From Lama guanicoe (taxonomy: Eukaryota): 64,000 nt of DNA. Within the stretch, counting starts at the first letter, position 1; each line of letters starts with the position of its first letter. Made by a program: the position numbers and the translations under genes. Location of the stretch: positions 1,056,001 through 1,120,000 of the forward strand of contig MU053504.1 of NCBI GenBank assembly GCA_013239625.1. The letters are read 5' to 3'. The notes beneath the pieces were generated by a model. The model was not told the DNA's origin and did not search any database. It saw only the letters and a list, made by a program, of their open reading frames with translations. Positions 40,016-51,660 of this stretch are shown here, in pieces.

Positions 40016-40460
40016 TGTAGGTTGAGGTAGATATACCGAGGAAGACTGTGTGCCCAGACCAGTGGCATGAATCACAATTGATCTAAGCCATTCTCAACAT
40101 TCCTTTTCCCCTCTTTCCCAGTTAAGGGTGGCCTCACGTCCCAGTTCTAGCAAATGAGACCTAAGCAAACTTTGTTGACTTGGGTGTAGGATGGGGTTGG
40201 GCGTTCTGAAAGCTTTTGCTTTCTCCTTCTACCTTGAATACAGACATGATGGTTGGTGTAGTGGCAGCCATCTTGTTACCATGAGGGAAAGGCCAAGAGA
40301 CTCACAAAGGCATGTGTCCTGACATAGTTGAGCTGCTGAACCAAAACCAACAGCCACCTACTTCTGGCCTTATTATGTTAGAAAAATAAACCTCTATTGG
40401 ATTATAGCCTCTAGAGCCAGTTTTCTGTTTCTTGCACCAAGCACATTTCTAACTGGTACA
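40016..40460 (+). mobile_element. MLT1 (I/J-like) solo LTR
   Basis: cccagttctagcaaatgaga...ggcagccatcttgttaccatgaggg...aaaataaacc...ttctaactggtaCA. Confidence 0.8.
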
Positions 40461-43002
40461 GAGGTGGTTGAAGGAGACCGCTCCCCCAAATGACTTGATT
40501 TTACTCATGTTTGAGAATTAAAGACAAATTCAGAGGACAATTTAGTCCGATGCTTGGAACCAAAAGGCGCAGCTCCAGCCCGGTGAGAACAGAAAAGAAC
40601 TGCCAAATCTCATTACCGAAGGCACTGAACAGCCCTCCAGTGAAGCATCAAAGTTAATAGTGTATCTCAAACTCATCCACAGGCAAAGCCAAGGCAGCAA
40701 AATGAAGCCAGTGATGGATGCTGCCATATCGGCTGTGAGCTTGCTATGTGTTTAGTCCCTTCATCAGCAGCAGCTTCAGGATCCCAAGGGAGAGATGGAT
40801 GTTCAAAAGGAGAGCTGGGTTCATCTTGGGAAAGGAACATGCCGCGTCTGGCTTGCAGGAGCAGGAGCAGGCATTCATGGGCAAGAAAAATCAACTAAGA
40901 GTAGGCAGCTATTGTCTCTATTTTGTATATGAGAAAACAGGCAGGATGAGAGTTTTAAGGGCTTTGTTTGGATTTAAATTAATTGATTCATTCATCAAGT
41001 ACTTATTGAGTACCAGCTGCATACCAGGCCCCATGCTGCTTGTCAGCAAGATGTTCTGAGTGTAGTGGAATCAATAAACCAAAGACACAAATAACTACGA
41101 CATAAACCAAAGGGATCTTGGGAATCTTGGTGGAGGAACAAAATGTGCTGGAGTCCTAGGGAGTGAGGTAACTTTGTACCCAGCGGACTGGAGCGATTCA
41201 GTTCAGCTGCCCAGTTACTGCTGGGGTACCTATGACATGAGCATACACAAATAAAAGGGAAAGGAAGAAAAGGAATGGACTTATCCATGAAGCAGGGGCT
41301 CTGTTCCTGATTGGTCCCCAGAAACAGGGACATGCTCATTTAGTCACCTACAGTGTTTGAAAGGCACTGTGCTGGGCACCTTTGGTATATGGTTGGAGGG
41401 GTTGTTGACATTTTTCAAAAGAGGACTGAGACCCAGAAAGGAGATGACCCTCACAGCCATAAACAGAAGAAGAGATTTACAAGACCATGGAACCAAAAAG
41501 TAAGTAGGTTCAGGTAAAGGTTGATCCAGCAGTTCAAATGATGTCACCAAAGGCCTAATTTCTTTTGATCTCATAGTGCTGTATTGTTTAGCTTTTCCCA
41601 CTGGCTCTGTATTTGCCCAATCACAAAACATGCCCAGGTTCTCCTGTGTGCACAAGGGTCCCATTGATCTAGACTTTATGTACTCTACACTATTGACTAA
41701 GGGAAGAAAGAAGATATGCCCTGTAGCCCTTGTAGAAAGGAGAGAAAACTTCACTTTTCCAGAAATTCTGGCAAATGTTTTCATGCATCTCATTGGCTCT
41801 GGTGGATCCTGTGCCTATTCCAGAAATATCAGTGTAAGTTCCCTGAGGATGACCTTTATACCCAGAAAAACACAAATTTAACGTTAAACATATTATGGTT
41901 AGAAATTTAAAACCTCATTCTTTAAACTGTTAAGTTCAACTTATAAATATTTATTCTACCTCTACATCTAGCAAATTTTAATAATCAAGTTTCAGGGGGC
42001 CTTTGCAATTAACTTAAACATTTTAAACTGCACTACTCCATTTAATATAGTTGATTTTATTTTAAGTTCTTTATTTATCTGTCTAATAAATAAAAACTTC
42101 TAATATTTAAGTAATTATTGCAATATGGTAACTTTTAAGGCTTACATATTTCAAATCAGTTTACAAATTCAATAAAATCACTTCTACTTTTTAATGTAAA
42201 ATCATAAATCTAAATCAATTACTCAATTACATTTTTAGCTGGAATCATAAATTGATCTCTTTATACTCCAATATGCCAAATAACCTTAAAAATTACAAGT
42301 ACTTTAAAAATACCAGATATACATAAATTATTCCTAAACCAAACACATAAAAATATTCAAATTGGAGTATGATTTACATCATTGTTTCTATTAACAGCAC
42401 TAAAACTTCTTGGAGTTATAGACTCTTCCCCGCTTAAGAAACATGGCCTTCTAAGCAAGACAGATGCCTATCCCAGAGCAAAGGGTACAGGTGGACTCAC
42501 AAAGTTTGGAATGGACCAAAATATGATTCAAGCCAGAGCCACTGAGGGGGCATACTGAAGCATACTTAGAGTTGCCGTAATAGAGATTCCATAATTTCTA
42601 CAGAGGTTGTGGCAGAGCAGTAATGATGGAAGGAGGAGGAGGAGGGCTTCAGTCATATAGGATATTTTGGACCATCATAAGGACTTCAAGGTCTCTAAGT
42701 ATTTCCCTTTAGACAATTTTGAGTAGAAAAGTGGTAGTCTCCTCATTTTAATGGTGAGTGTGAGACCCAGTTCTTGCCAATGAGTTGTGAGAGGAAGGCT
42801 GCCTGAGGGCTTCTGGAAAAGGTTTCTTTAATTTCAAAAGGAAGCATGAGAAAGAAACCTACTCCCCCTACCACACATCCCTTTTCATTTCCTTCTAGAC
42901 ATTGTCCCATGAAGATGTGATGTCTGGAGCCATGGCAGTCATCTTGTGATGATAAGGAAGCTACCTGAAAACAGTATGACTCTAAACATGGCAAAGATGA
43001 AA

Positions 43003-43390
43003 TTTTTTTTAAAACAGCTTTATAGAGAGATATAATTTGCCTACTATATAATTGGCTCTTTTAAATTCAGTGGTTTTAAATATATTCACAGAGTTGTGCA
43101 ACCATCCCCAAATAATTTTGGAACTTTTAAAATCATTACAAATATAAACCCTTTACCCATTAGCACTCTTTATTTCTTCGTATCACTCTTCATTTCTTCT
43201 CAACCTTTGCAACCCTAAGTAACCATTAAATTACTTTCTGTCTCTATAGATTTGCCTGTTCTGGACATTTTGTATAAATGGAATCATATAGCATGTGGTC
43301 TTTTGTGACTGGCTTCTTTTACTTAGCAGGTTTTCAGTGCTCATCCATGTTGGAGTCTGCATCAATATTCCACTCCTTTTTATTGCAGCT
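43003..43390 (-). mobile_element. L1MB-type 3' end
   Basis: ttcacagagttgtgcaaccatc...ctctatagatttgcctgttctggacattt...atggaatcatatagcatgtggtcttttgtgactggcttc. Confidence 0.85.
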
Positions 43391-45244
43391 TCAGTTCAAG
43401 GGACTTGCTTTGAGTCCAGGCTCTGGCTCCTGGCTACGACTTGTGACTTCCAAGCCACTGTTCCCCATCTGTAAAATGGGAGGGTCATTGGGATTAGATA
43501 GGACCACAGGTATTGGCCCACAGCAGGGACTAGTAAAGGTTAGTGTTCCCTTTGTCCCCTGCCCTGAAACCAAGGATGGCCTCCACCCTCACACTATTCC
43601 ATCCCCGCCTTCCTCAGCCTCCCGCAGGCTTTGGCAGCAAGACGAACATTTTCTGTGCTGTATCAAAGACTGACATGAATCAAAGGGTCCCAAACAACTG
43701 CTTCGTTCCCAAAATTTTGCAAGAAAAAAACATCCTAAGTTCTCAGCTGCAGTCTCCCTGGCACACCCTGACTTGGTTTCCTGACGGATGAATGACAAAG
43801 CTGATTGCTACTTCACAGAAAGGGAAATAGGACAGACATTCTGCAAAGGCTTTTCACATGTCGGTGAAGGAGCGTGTGGCTGCTGCAAGCTCGGGGGCCC
43901 GCTGGGATTCTGCTTCCAGGACTTCTGTGCCTTAATTTTGCTCATTACATTCCACATTTCAGCCCACTTTACCTCTATTGATCCGCTTCCATCTGATTTT
44001 GCTAATCTGAACAGCTCTAATTGGCCCAGAAGGACAGCTGCAAGGTAGTCACTCTCCAGGGGTGGTGCACTTTGGGGAATTGGACTAAAAATGGCGTGGA
44101 AACACCACAGCTTTGGAGCCAGACAGGCATGACCTTGGACAATACTGGGTTACTCAGTTTCTGTTTCCATGCCTGTAAAATGGAGAGAAACTTTGTGACT
44201 CCCTAAGATCATTGCAGGAATAAACAAGGTCAGATGTGGTTGGCACAAGGAGGCAGAGATTTTTGACAATAAGCCACTGCATTCTTGAAAAAAATTTTTA
44301 TTACACTATAGAAAATATATGAGCATGGAAATACCAGGTAGCACCAATGGCTCTGTGAGCCACACGGCCTGGTGACACGCTGTCAGATTCCGGAGATTCA
44401 CTACTTCCTCCAGGTCATTACAAAGCCAGCCTTGGTTCCCGTGGTCTGTGATCTACATTGAGAAAATAAAATATGGACACAGTGTCTGGAAAATGACTTT
44501 GAATTTCAACACTTAGATTAGAAGGCGGTTTCAATTCTCTGGCTTTAAATGTTGGAGTTTCTTTCAGTTATAACAAATAAATATGCGGAGACAAACTGAT
44601 CAACCATTTCATTGCTTTAAGAAACAGTGAGATAAACAGCTTCCCTAAGTCAGGGCGTCACTGCATTTAATTTGATGATGTTGTTTAGAAACTCTATGTA
44701 CTGTTTTCCGGGCCAAAACATATCAACCATTGATGAGAGGAAAACCAAAAGCTTCCAGTAAAGAGGGAAATTATGGTGGTGGTTGATTGTAAGTACAGAT
44801 TCCATCCCCAGGGGAGGGGCAGAGGTTCTTGCAAGGATTAGAAAACAGAAAGAGAAAGGCCAGTGGTGCTCGGGGGCTGAGCCTGGAGCCAGAGCCCTGG
44901 GAGTGGAGACCCGAGGACCTGTCCTGGACCAGGTCACTCCCCTGCCTGCCACATGTCCCCGTCCTCAGATGGATGAGAGTCATTCCTCCTCCTGCTCCGA
45001 GGTGCATGAGGGTCCGCTGCGGGAGGCCGGCCAGAACGGGCACTTTATCCCGCAGATGGCATTTCATCTTCACAAAACCCAGTGAGGCTCGTGACTTGCC
45101 CAAGGACTCAGAGCTAAGAAGAGAGACCAGGATAAGAATGCTAGTCTGTTTGCTGTCACTCAACTTTAAGGAAACACAGCAAGCACTGTTATAGATATCA
45201 CAGCCATCAGAACCACTAGGAGGCTGCAGCCAATGCAGAAAAAT

Positions 45245-45700
45245 ATTCACTCATTCATTCATAAATATTTGTTGTATATAGTAGGAGTCGGGCACTGTTC
45301 TGGGCATCACGATTATGGTTGGCTTATGAGCACAGGCAGGGAGATGTACAATAAGTAAGTAAATAAAATAGTTTGGGATGGTGGTAATTGCTGCGAAGAA
45401 GTAGAAAAGGGATCACGGCGCTGGGAGGCGAGGGGTGGCCCAATGAAGTTGAAGTTGAGGAGGACATCTCTGAGGAAGTGACTTCTAAGTAGAGACTGTC
45501 AGGAGGGGGCCATGGAGGGCTACCGGGGAGGCCCAGGTCCTGGGATCAGCGAGAGCAAAAGCCCAGGGAGGGCCAGTGCTTGGCGTGCTGAGGTTCAAGA
45601 GGAGGCAGAGTGGCGGGAACTTGGTCAGAAAGTGCTGGAAGGTGAGCGCAGAGTTGGGGCAGGTCCTATTACGAGGTTTTATAGGGGAAGGGGAGGAGAC
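45245..45700 (-). mobile_element. L2 remnant
   Basis: attcactcattcattcataaatatttgttg...gggcactgttctgggc...ctctgaggaagtgac. Confidence 0.7.
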
Positions 45701-45940
45701 TAGATTTGCTAAGCAAGAGGAAAGAATTAATTATGTACCTTATGTAAACATTTTAACCAGTTTATTGTTGAACAGGTAATAAGGTCACCCGATTCAAAAT
45801 GCAGAAGTTACCAAAAGATAAACTATTTTCCCTCCCTGACTCCACCCCCCATCTGCCTAGATCCTCTCCTTGAAAGCCATATAGGTGCTGGCTTCTTGTG
45901 TTTGCTTAATATCTCTGTAAGACATCACACACATGTACAA

Positions 45941-45968
45941 ACACAGACACAGACACAGACACAGACAC
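45941..45968. repeat. (ACACAG)n simple repeat
   Basis: About 4.5 units read directly. Confidence 0.9.
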
Positions 45969-46759
45969 ATCGTCCCCCACCCCTTACAAATGGTGGCTTA
46001 ACATCCACACTTTGCTCTTTTCACTTTGTGACCTGAAGATAATTTGTACTGGGACGGACAGAGAGTTCTCATGATCGTATTTTGGGTATGTCTGCAAGTA
46101 TTCCATTCTGAGGGCGGACCGGTATTTACTTAACCTGCTCCCTAGTGACAGTCATTTAGGCTATTTCACTTGAGTGCTCTAAGGGGAAGTAACATTCAGC
46201 TTTATATTTTAGACAGAACCCGGCTGCAAGGAGGATGGCTCATGGGCGAGAAGCTGCAGAAGTTATCTCCCCAGGCAGGGAAGCTATCTGTTCCCAGAGA
46301 AAGGAGAAAATAATGGTTTGGGACAGGGTGGTGGCAGTTTGTGTCTAAACAAGTGAGAAGTTGAGAAAACAGAGCCAACACAAAGGTGATGGCTTAAAAG
46401 TAAGGGGTAAACAGAGTGGGATCAAGGACAACTTTTGAGCTCTAGGAATTGGGAGGCTGGTGAGACACGATTCTCTCAGCAGCATCTCATGTCTGACTTC
46501 TGCAAACGGGGCGGGTGGTAAAGGCAGGAGAACTGGCAGTAAAGGCTGGTCCTCTGCATGGCACTTAGACTTCTCTATATGTGGCCTCAAACAAACAACA
46601 ACAAACAGCACATATTACATATGGACCACACGTAACATAACTCCTGTTTGGAACTTTGAACCTTCCATGTCTGAATAGTCAATCCCAGGGCGTTTCCTGT
46701 GATTTCGCCAGCTGCTCTTTCTTAGTCTGAGCACCAGTACTCCTCGGGGACCAGCCTGG

Positions 46760-47600
46760 AGCCTCTCTCTTTCCCAGCCTACATTTTCTCGTCTCCCTGG
46801 AGCATCTCGCTCTGCCCCGTGGTTTCTAACTCGTCTTTCTGCTGAGTCACAGATCCCTGTCTTTGGCTCCAGCCTCTTCCCTGAGCTCTCCCTGCAGACA
46901 TGGACACTCAACTGCTTACTTCACATTGTCACCTGGAGGTTTAATAGATGCCTCACACTTAACATGTTCCCTAGAGAATCCTTGACACTCTCCTCACAGC
47001 CCTGTCTTCTCAGGTCCACTGCAGATCAGTAAGTGGCCAGCCCATCCACCAGCCACTCAGATGCACAAATTTCAATCCTAGGAGTCATATCTGATTTCCC
47101 ACCTTCTCTTCAGCAAACCTCATTGGTGCCAACTAGATGTATCAACCCAAGTCCACCCATTTCTCCCCATGCCCCTCATCTCCACCTCCCACCCCCATCA
47201 CCTGTCCCTGGAGACAATGCTGCCCCAGGAGCCACTTCTCTTCTCCTTCTTTCTCCTTTCCTGTCTTCCTGGAACCATTCCCCACATATCAAGTAAGTCA
47301 GCTCATGTCAGTTCCCTGTTAAAAATTTAAGTGTGTTCCCATTGCAGCTGAAATAACGTTGAAATTCTTTCCCATGGCTCCCAACCCCCAACCCCACTGA
47401 CACCTCCCTCCCAGGCTCCCTGTGCTCGGGTCACTGCGACCTCCCTTCTCCTTCCTGAAGTGAGAAGTGTTTGCACTCACTGTCCCTCCGCCTGCAACAC
47501 TCTTCTCTTGGTTCCCCTTGCGGCTGGCTTCGTCTTCACCTTCAGGTAGTCCTAGTTTGAAAGTCCTCTTCCCACTTTGATCTAAAGCCCCTCCACCCCA
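46760..47600 (+). mobile_element. L2 remnant
   Basis: ctccagcctcttccctgagctc...caactgcttacttcacattgtcacctggaggt...cacttaacatgttcc...tttgcactcactgtccctccgcctgcaacactct. Confidence 0.75.
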
Positions 47601-47616
47601 TCCTGTGCTGCCTTAC

Positions 47617-48608
47617 ATCAGTGGGAGTGGGACCACTTAACAGCTTGCCAACTCTGAAAGGATCGTGTGTGAAATTCGCAAAGTAACTGACACCATGTTT
47701 CCCCTTTGTCCCCTTGATGTTTTAGTGCTGCTGATGGATTAGTGCTTTGGGCAGCTGTGCAGATAAGCACCCTTTGATCTGGCTCCACCTGTCACATGGC
47801 ACAATAAACGTCATAATAAAAGTCAGCCAGTATTTCTGTGCCTCTCATCCATCCTAGATCAGAGGATTTCAATAAAGATTGCTCTATTGATTCATTAACT
47901 TTTTCTAGTTCATTGCCATTTTGATCATTTGGATACTTTTTGCATAAAGTTTTGTGAATTTCATTTTTTTCTATTTTTAAAAAATTGAAGTATAGTTGAT
48001 TTACAATGTTGCATTAATTTCTGGTGTACAGTATAGTGATTCAGTTACACACACACATATATATATTCCTTTACATATTCTATCTTACTATAGGCCATTA
48101 CAAAGTTTTGAATATAGTTCCCTGCGCTATACAGTAGGATCTTGTTGTTTATCTATTTTATATACAGTAGTTAGTTATAGCTACAAATCCTGAACTTCCA
48201 ATTTATCCTTCCCCACCCCTTTCAATTCCCCCACCCCTGGTAACCCTAAGTTTGTTTTCTATGTCTGAGTCTGTTTCTGTTTTGTAAATAAGTACATTTG
48301 TGTCCTATTTTTTTTTTAGATTCCACTAGAAGTGACATCATATGATATTTTTCTTTCTCTTTCTGGCTTACTTCACTTAGTATGATGATCTCCAGGTCCA
48401 TCTATGTTGCTGCAAATGGCATTATTTTATTCTCTTTTATGGATGAGTAGTATGTGAATTTCATTTTGAAAAACAAAATAATTTCTAAAAAATTCACAAG
48501 ATCCCTTTGGCAATGGGCAACCTTCATTTCCCAGCTTGATAACAGCACTTAGCACTTATCTTGAGCTTCTTTCCAGAACCTCCACTTCCAGCAGAAGTAG
48601 TTAAAAGT
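47617..48608 (-). pseudogene. Decayed 492-nt coding exon (after L1 removal), PX-like
   Basis: Minus strand: branch taactaac, acceptor cctgcttttcAG (48610-48609), donor T|GTAAGG (47616). Removing the L1 and one TSD copy gives 163 codons with 4 stops, including an 87-codon open run across the junction (VLSAVIKLG...FFRNYFVFQNEIHKTLCKKYPN...EILADFYYDVYCAM). Confidence 0.6.
47968..48452 (-). mobile_element. Young 5'-truncated L1 3' end
   Basis: Perfect 15-bp TSD TGTGAATTTCATTTT (47953-47967 and 48453-48467). T-rich tail then attgaagtatagttgatttacaatgttg...gttccctgcgctatacagtagg. Confidence 0.92.
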
Positions 48609-48723
48609 CTGAAAAGCAGGATTTTTTGATGTGTTATAAGAGGTTAGTTATTAAATTCAAGTTTTACAAAACAGACCATCTTCAGTGTGGAAGAACTATA
48701 CAGAATCACACTAAATGACTTTA

Positions 48724-48827
48724 TTATTTAAAAAAAATTTAGGGGGAGGAGGTTATTAGTTTTATTCATTCATTCATTTATTTAAATGCTAAGCACACAC
48801 TTTACCATTGAGCTATAGCCTCCCTAA
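48724..48827 (-). mobile_element. tRNA-derived SINE (vic-1-like), internally deleted
   Basis: gggggaggaggttattag...tgctaagcacacactttaccattgagctatagcctccc, same family as the adjacent copy. Confidence 0.75.
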
Positions 48828-48837
48828 CAAATGACTT

Positions 48838-49003
48838 AATTTTTAAAAATTTATCTATTTTATTTTTAGGGGTTTTTTTTGGTGTGTGTTGGGAGGAGAT
48901 AATTAGGTCTATTTATTTATTTTTAATGGCAGTACTGGGGATTGAACCCAGGACCTGGTGCATGCTAAGTGCGCAATCTACCACTAAGCTATGCCTTCCC
49001 CCC
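48838..49003 (-). mobile_element. tRNA-Ala-derived SINE (camelid vic-1-like)
   Basis: Minus strand ggcatagcttagtggtagattgcgcacttagcatgcaccaggtcctgggttcaatccccagtac has A and B boxes, followed by an AT-rich tail. Confidence 0.85.
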
Positions 49004-49233
49004 CACACCAAATGACTTTAAATACTTTTATTCAAAGACCGCCACATATCACTTGGCTGAATGGTCACCTGGACACAATTTCCTTCAAGGAATTATACTT
49101 CCTTCCATTCCAGCCACTCCGACTGCTTAATCCATGGCTTGCAGAGGGCCAGGAATTTCAGAAAACCACAGGAAACCCTCTGAGAGATCGCCCAAGTCCA
49201 CCTTCCTCCTTTCTCAACTAAGAAAATAAATAC

Positions 49234-49376
49234 CTGGTACTGCTGGTGCCTCCTTTCTGAGAATAGTCACGTTGTCTGCATCATACACTGTGGCTGTTTT
49301 ATACACAAAACTATATTCTAACAGCATTGCTACCCGCTCCTGCCGACTCCAGTCCATTTGCAGAATGCTCTGCTGT
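49234..49376 (-). pseudogene. Candidate coding exon upstream of, and phase-compatible with, the 47617-48608 exon
   Basis: Acceptor ttgtttttctaactAG, donor CAG|GTATTT (49233). Open frame QQSILQMDWSRQERVAMLLEYSFVYKTATVYDADNVTILRKEAPAVP ends in phase 1, matching the next exon. Confidence 0.55.
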
Positions 49377-49713
49377 CTAGTTAGAAAAACAACACTGGCG
49401 CTCTCTCAGCTAGGGTACCTGAGCCGCCCAGGATGACCCACCAGGGTGGGAGAAGAGAATGTGAGGATTTGTATTTATGTTTATTTTAAAATGAAATGGA
49501 CATTAAGCTTTCTGAGTATTTACTATACTTGGGCTTGACCCCGACGGCCATCTTCGGTCATGTGTCAGGGACAGTAAGCATGGGAGTACCAGCGCGGGGC
49601 GGGGGGGCTGTGGCTCTCCGAGTCAGTTATTAGACTTCAGCACATGACCACGTCCTGCAGTTTCCCTGCTACAGCACATCACCGGCACGGTTCATTTCAC
49701 AGAACTCAGATCT

Positions 49714-49859
49714 GTACTTATTTATTTACTTTAAAACCTAGTGTGTATTTTTAAAAAACTTTTTGGGGTGGGGAGGTAATTCGGTTTATTTATTTAAAAT
49801 GGAGGTGCTGGGGATTGAACCTAAGCAAACGCTCTATCACTGAGCTTTACGCTCCCCTC
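49714..49859 (-). mobile_element. tRNA-derived SINE (vic-1-like)
   Basis: 14-bp TSD CAGAACTCAGATCT (49700-49713 and 49860-49873). Body ggggaggtaattcggtttatttattt...ggggattgaacc...tcactgagct. Confidence 0.88.
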
Positions 49860-50592
49860 CAGAACTCAGATCTTTAAATGGTAGAATTTTATAATACTTT
49901 TAAAGTTGGCTAAATGTGCTTCCAGTTTTTTTCCTAAGCATTCACTAACAAATGGTTCTATTTAAAAACAAAAATAGGTTCCTAATCTACATACATTTTC
50001 CCACATCTTCTCATGTCAGTATTTATAGCTTTACCTTGTTTTTTTCCTACCTTATTCTTTTTAATATTTGCATAGAATAAATCCTTCCTCTCATTACAAG
50101 ACTAATTATTCCTACAAAAATTCATAGGGTGAATTTTCATGGCTGGAAAAGATAATTGCTATTTAAACCGATGGTACACAATTGCTGCAAGAGTTCATAA
50201 ACAAAACATATGTTTGATTCTCAAAGTTATGAAATTAAATAAAAAAGACAAGCAAACCCAGAATAATAGGGACAAAGGAAAGCGAGGGAAACAGTGCAAG
50301 TGATGCTTGGGATTGTCACTGTTACATAGTAGCAAACTTCCCTGCCACCTACATCAGCTAGGCCACCTTGGTGCTGGCAGCCTGGTGACTGTTCCTGAAG
50401 TTCCATCTTGATCCTTGTAAATGCACTGAAATCCCACCCCCCTCCCCAAGCCAAAGAAAGGGTGGTAAATGAAGCCCCTCATAAGTCACAATCTTGACTG
50501 CACATGGGCATATCTCGGGGGAGACTCTTTCCCACAGTAAGATGTGCCATAATTTATGTCCCGGCTGTCCTATTATTTGGGTACTTGGGTTT

Positions 50593-50898
50593 TGTATTAA
50601 TTTGCTAGGGCCGCCATTAAAAAAATACCACTGACTGGGTGGCTTAGACAATAGCAATTTATTTTCTCACAACTCTAGATGGTGGAAGTCCAAGACAAGG
50701 GTGTGACATGGCCTTTCATCTACAGCCTGGTGTCCCTTCCTCTTCTTAGATGGACACTGATCAGATAGGACTTGGACCCACCCATTTAACTTTAGCTACC
50801 TCCCTGAAGCCCTAGGTCTGCATACAGGCACATTCTAAGGGACTGTGGATGAGGACGTCAACATTTGGGTCTGAGGGGGCACAATTCACTTCATAGCA
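50593..50898 (-). mobile_element. MLT1A/B-like solo LTR
   Basis: TGtattaatttgctagggccgcc...gactgggtggcttagacaa...tttattttctcacaactctag...gggggcacaattcacttcatagCA. Confidence 0.85.
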
Positions 50899-50919
50899 GG
50901 GTTGTTTCCAAATTTTACA

Positions 50920-51660
50920 CTAGACATTCCCTCACCTCGCTCCTCAATCCACCCTAATCTCATTCCACCCTCAAGGCTCCACTGAACTCTTCCCTCCTCT
51001 GAGTACCACCTGGTCCAATTACCTTCACTGCTGCCTTGGATACCTGCAAGTCTCCTTCTGATTGGTTTCACGGCAATCATTGCCCGCCCCCTCCAATCCC
51101 TTCACACAGTCATTGTAAAAATGTATCTCTAATCTAATCGTACCACTTGGCTTGTTGCTTATTTAGGTTAAAATGCGAACTCCTTAGCCTAGTGGACAAG
51201 GCCTTGCAGGGCCACACACCTGTCTACGGACTTCATCCCCTAATACCTTCCCCCAGGCCACTTTATTCCAGCTACACTGGCCTAGTTTCGTGCCCTCCAA
51301 AGAGCCAAGCCTTTTTTCACTTCAGGGCATGAGTGTTTTCCTCTGCCAGGAACACCCTTCCAATTCATCCTTCACATCTCAGATGAGAAAATCACCAACT
51401 CCAAGAAGCCTTTTCAAACCCACTGGTCAAGATACCGCTGTCCCCACCTCCCACAGAACCCTGGGCTTTCTTTGCAGCAGTCATCACACATAATAGTCAT
51501 TGGTGTGAGTGTTTAAAATGAATGCATCTCTCCCACTGGACTGAGGGCTCTAGGAGGGCAGAGAGCCCCATGAAACTGTTCATCTGTACATCCCCAAAGC
51601 CAGCCCAGTTCCTAGCATAGAGTAAGCACTCGATAAATACTTACTGAATGAATAAACACC
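50920..51660 (+). mobile_element. L2 remnant
   Basis: Long L2-like body ending catagagtaagcactcgataaatacttactgaatgaataaa. Confidence 0.75.

Noticed and set aside
48544..48557. 7-bp tandem AAGTGCT (minus strand) as a frameshifting duplication giving LLTTSAGSGGSGKK
   Set aside because: That frame is not phase-compatible with the open frame of the upstream exon. The no-indel reading with two TAA stops is simpler, though the alternative is not excluded.
48930..49003. tRNA-Ala-like sequence as a tRNA gene
   Set aside because: Has a SINE tail, TSDs, sibling copies nearby and mismatched stems, so it is a SINE head.
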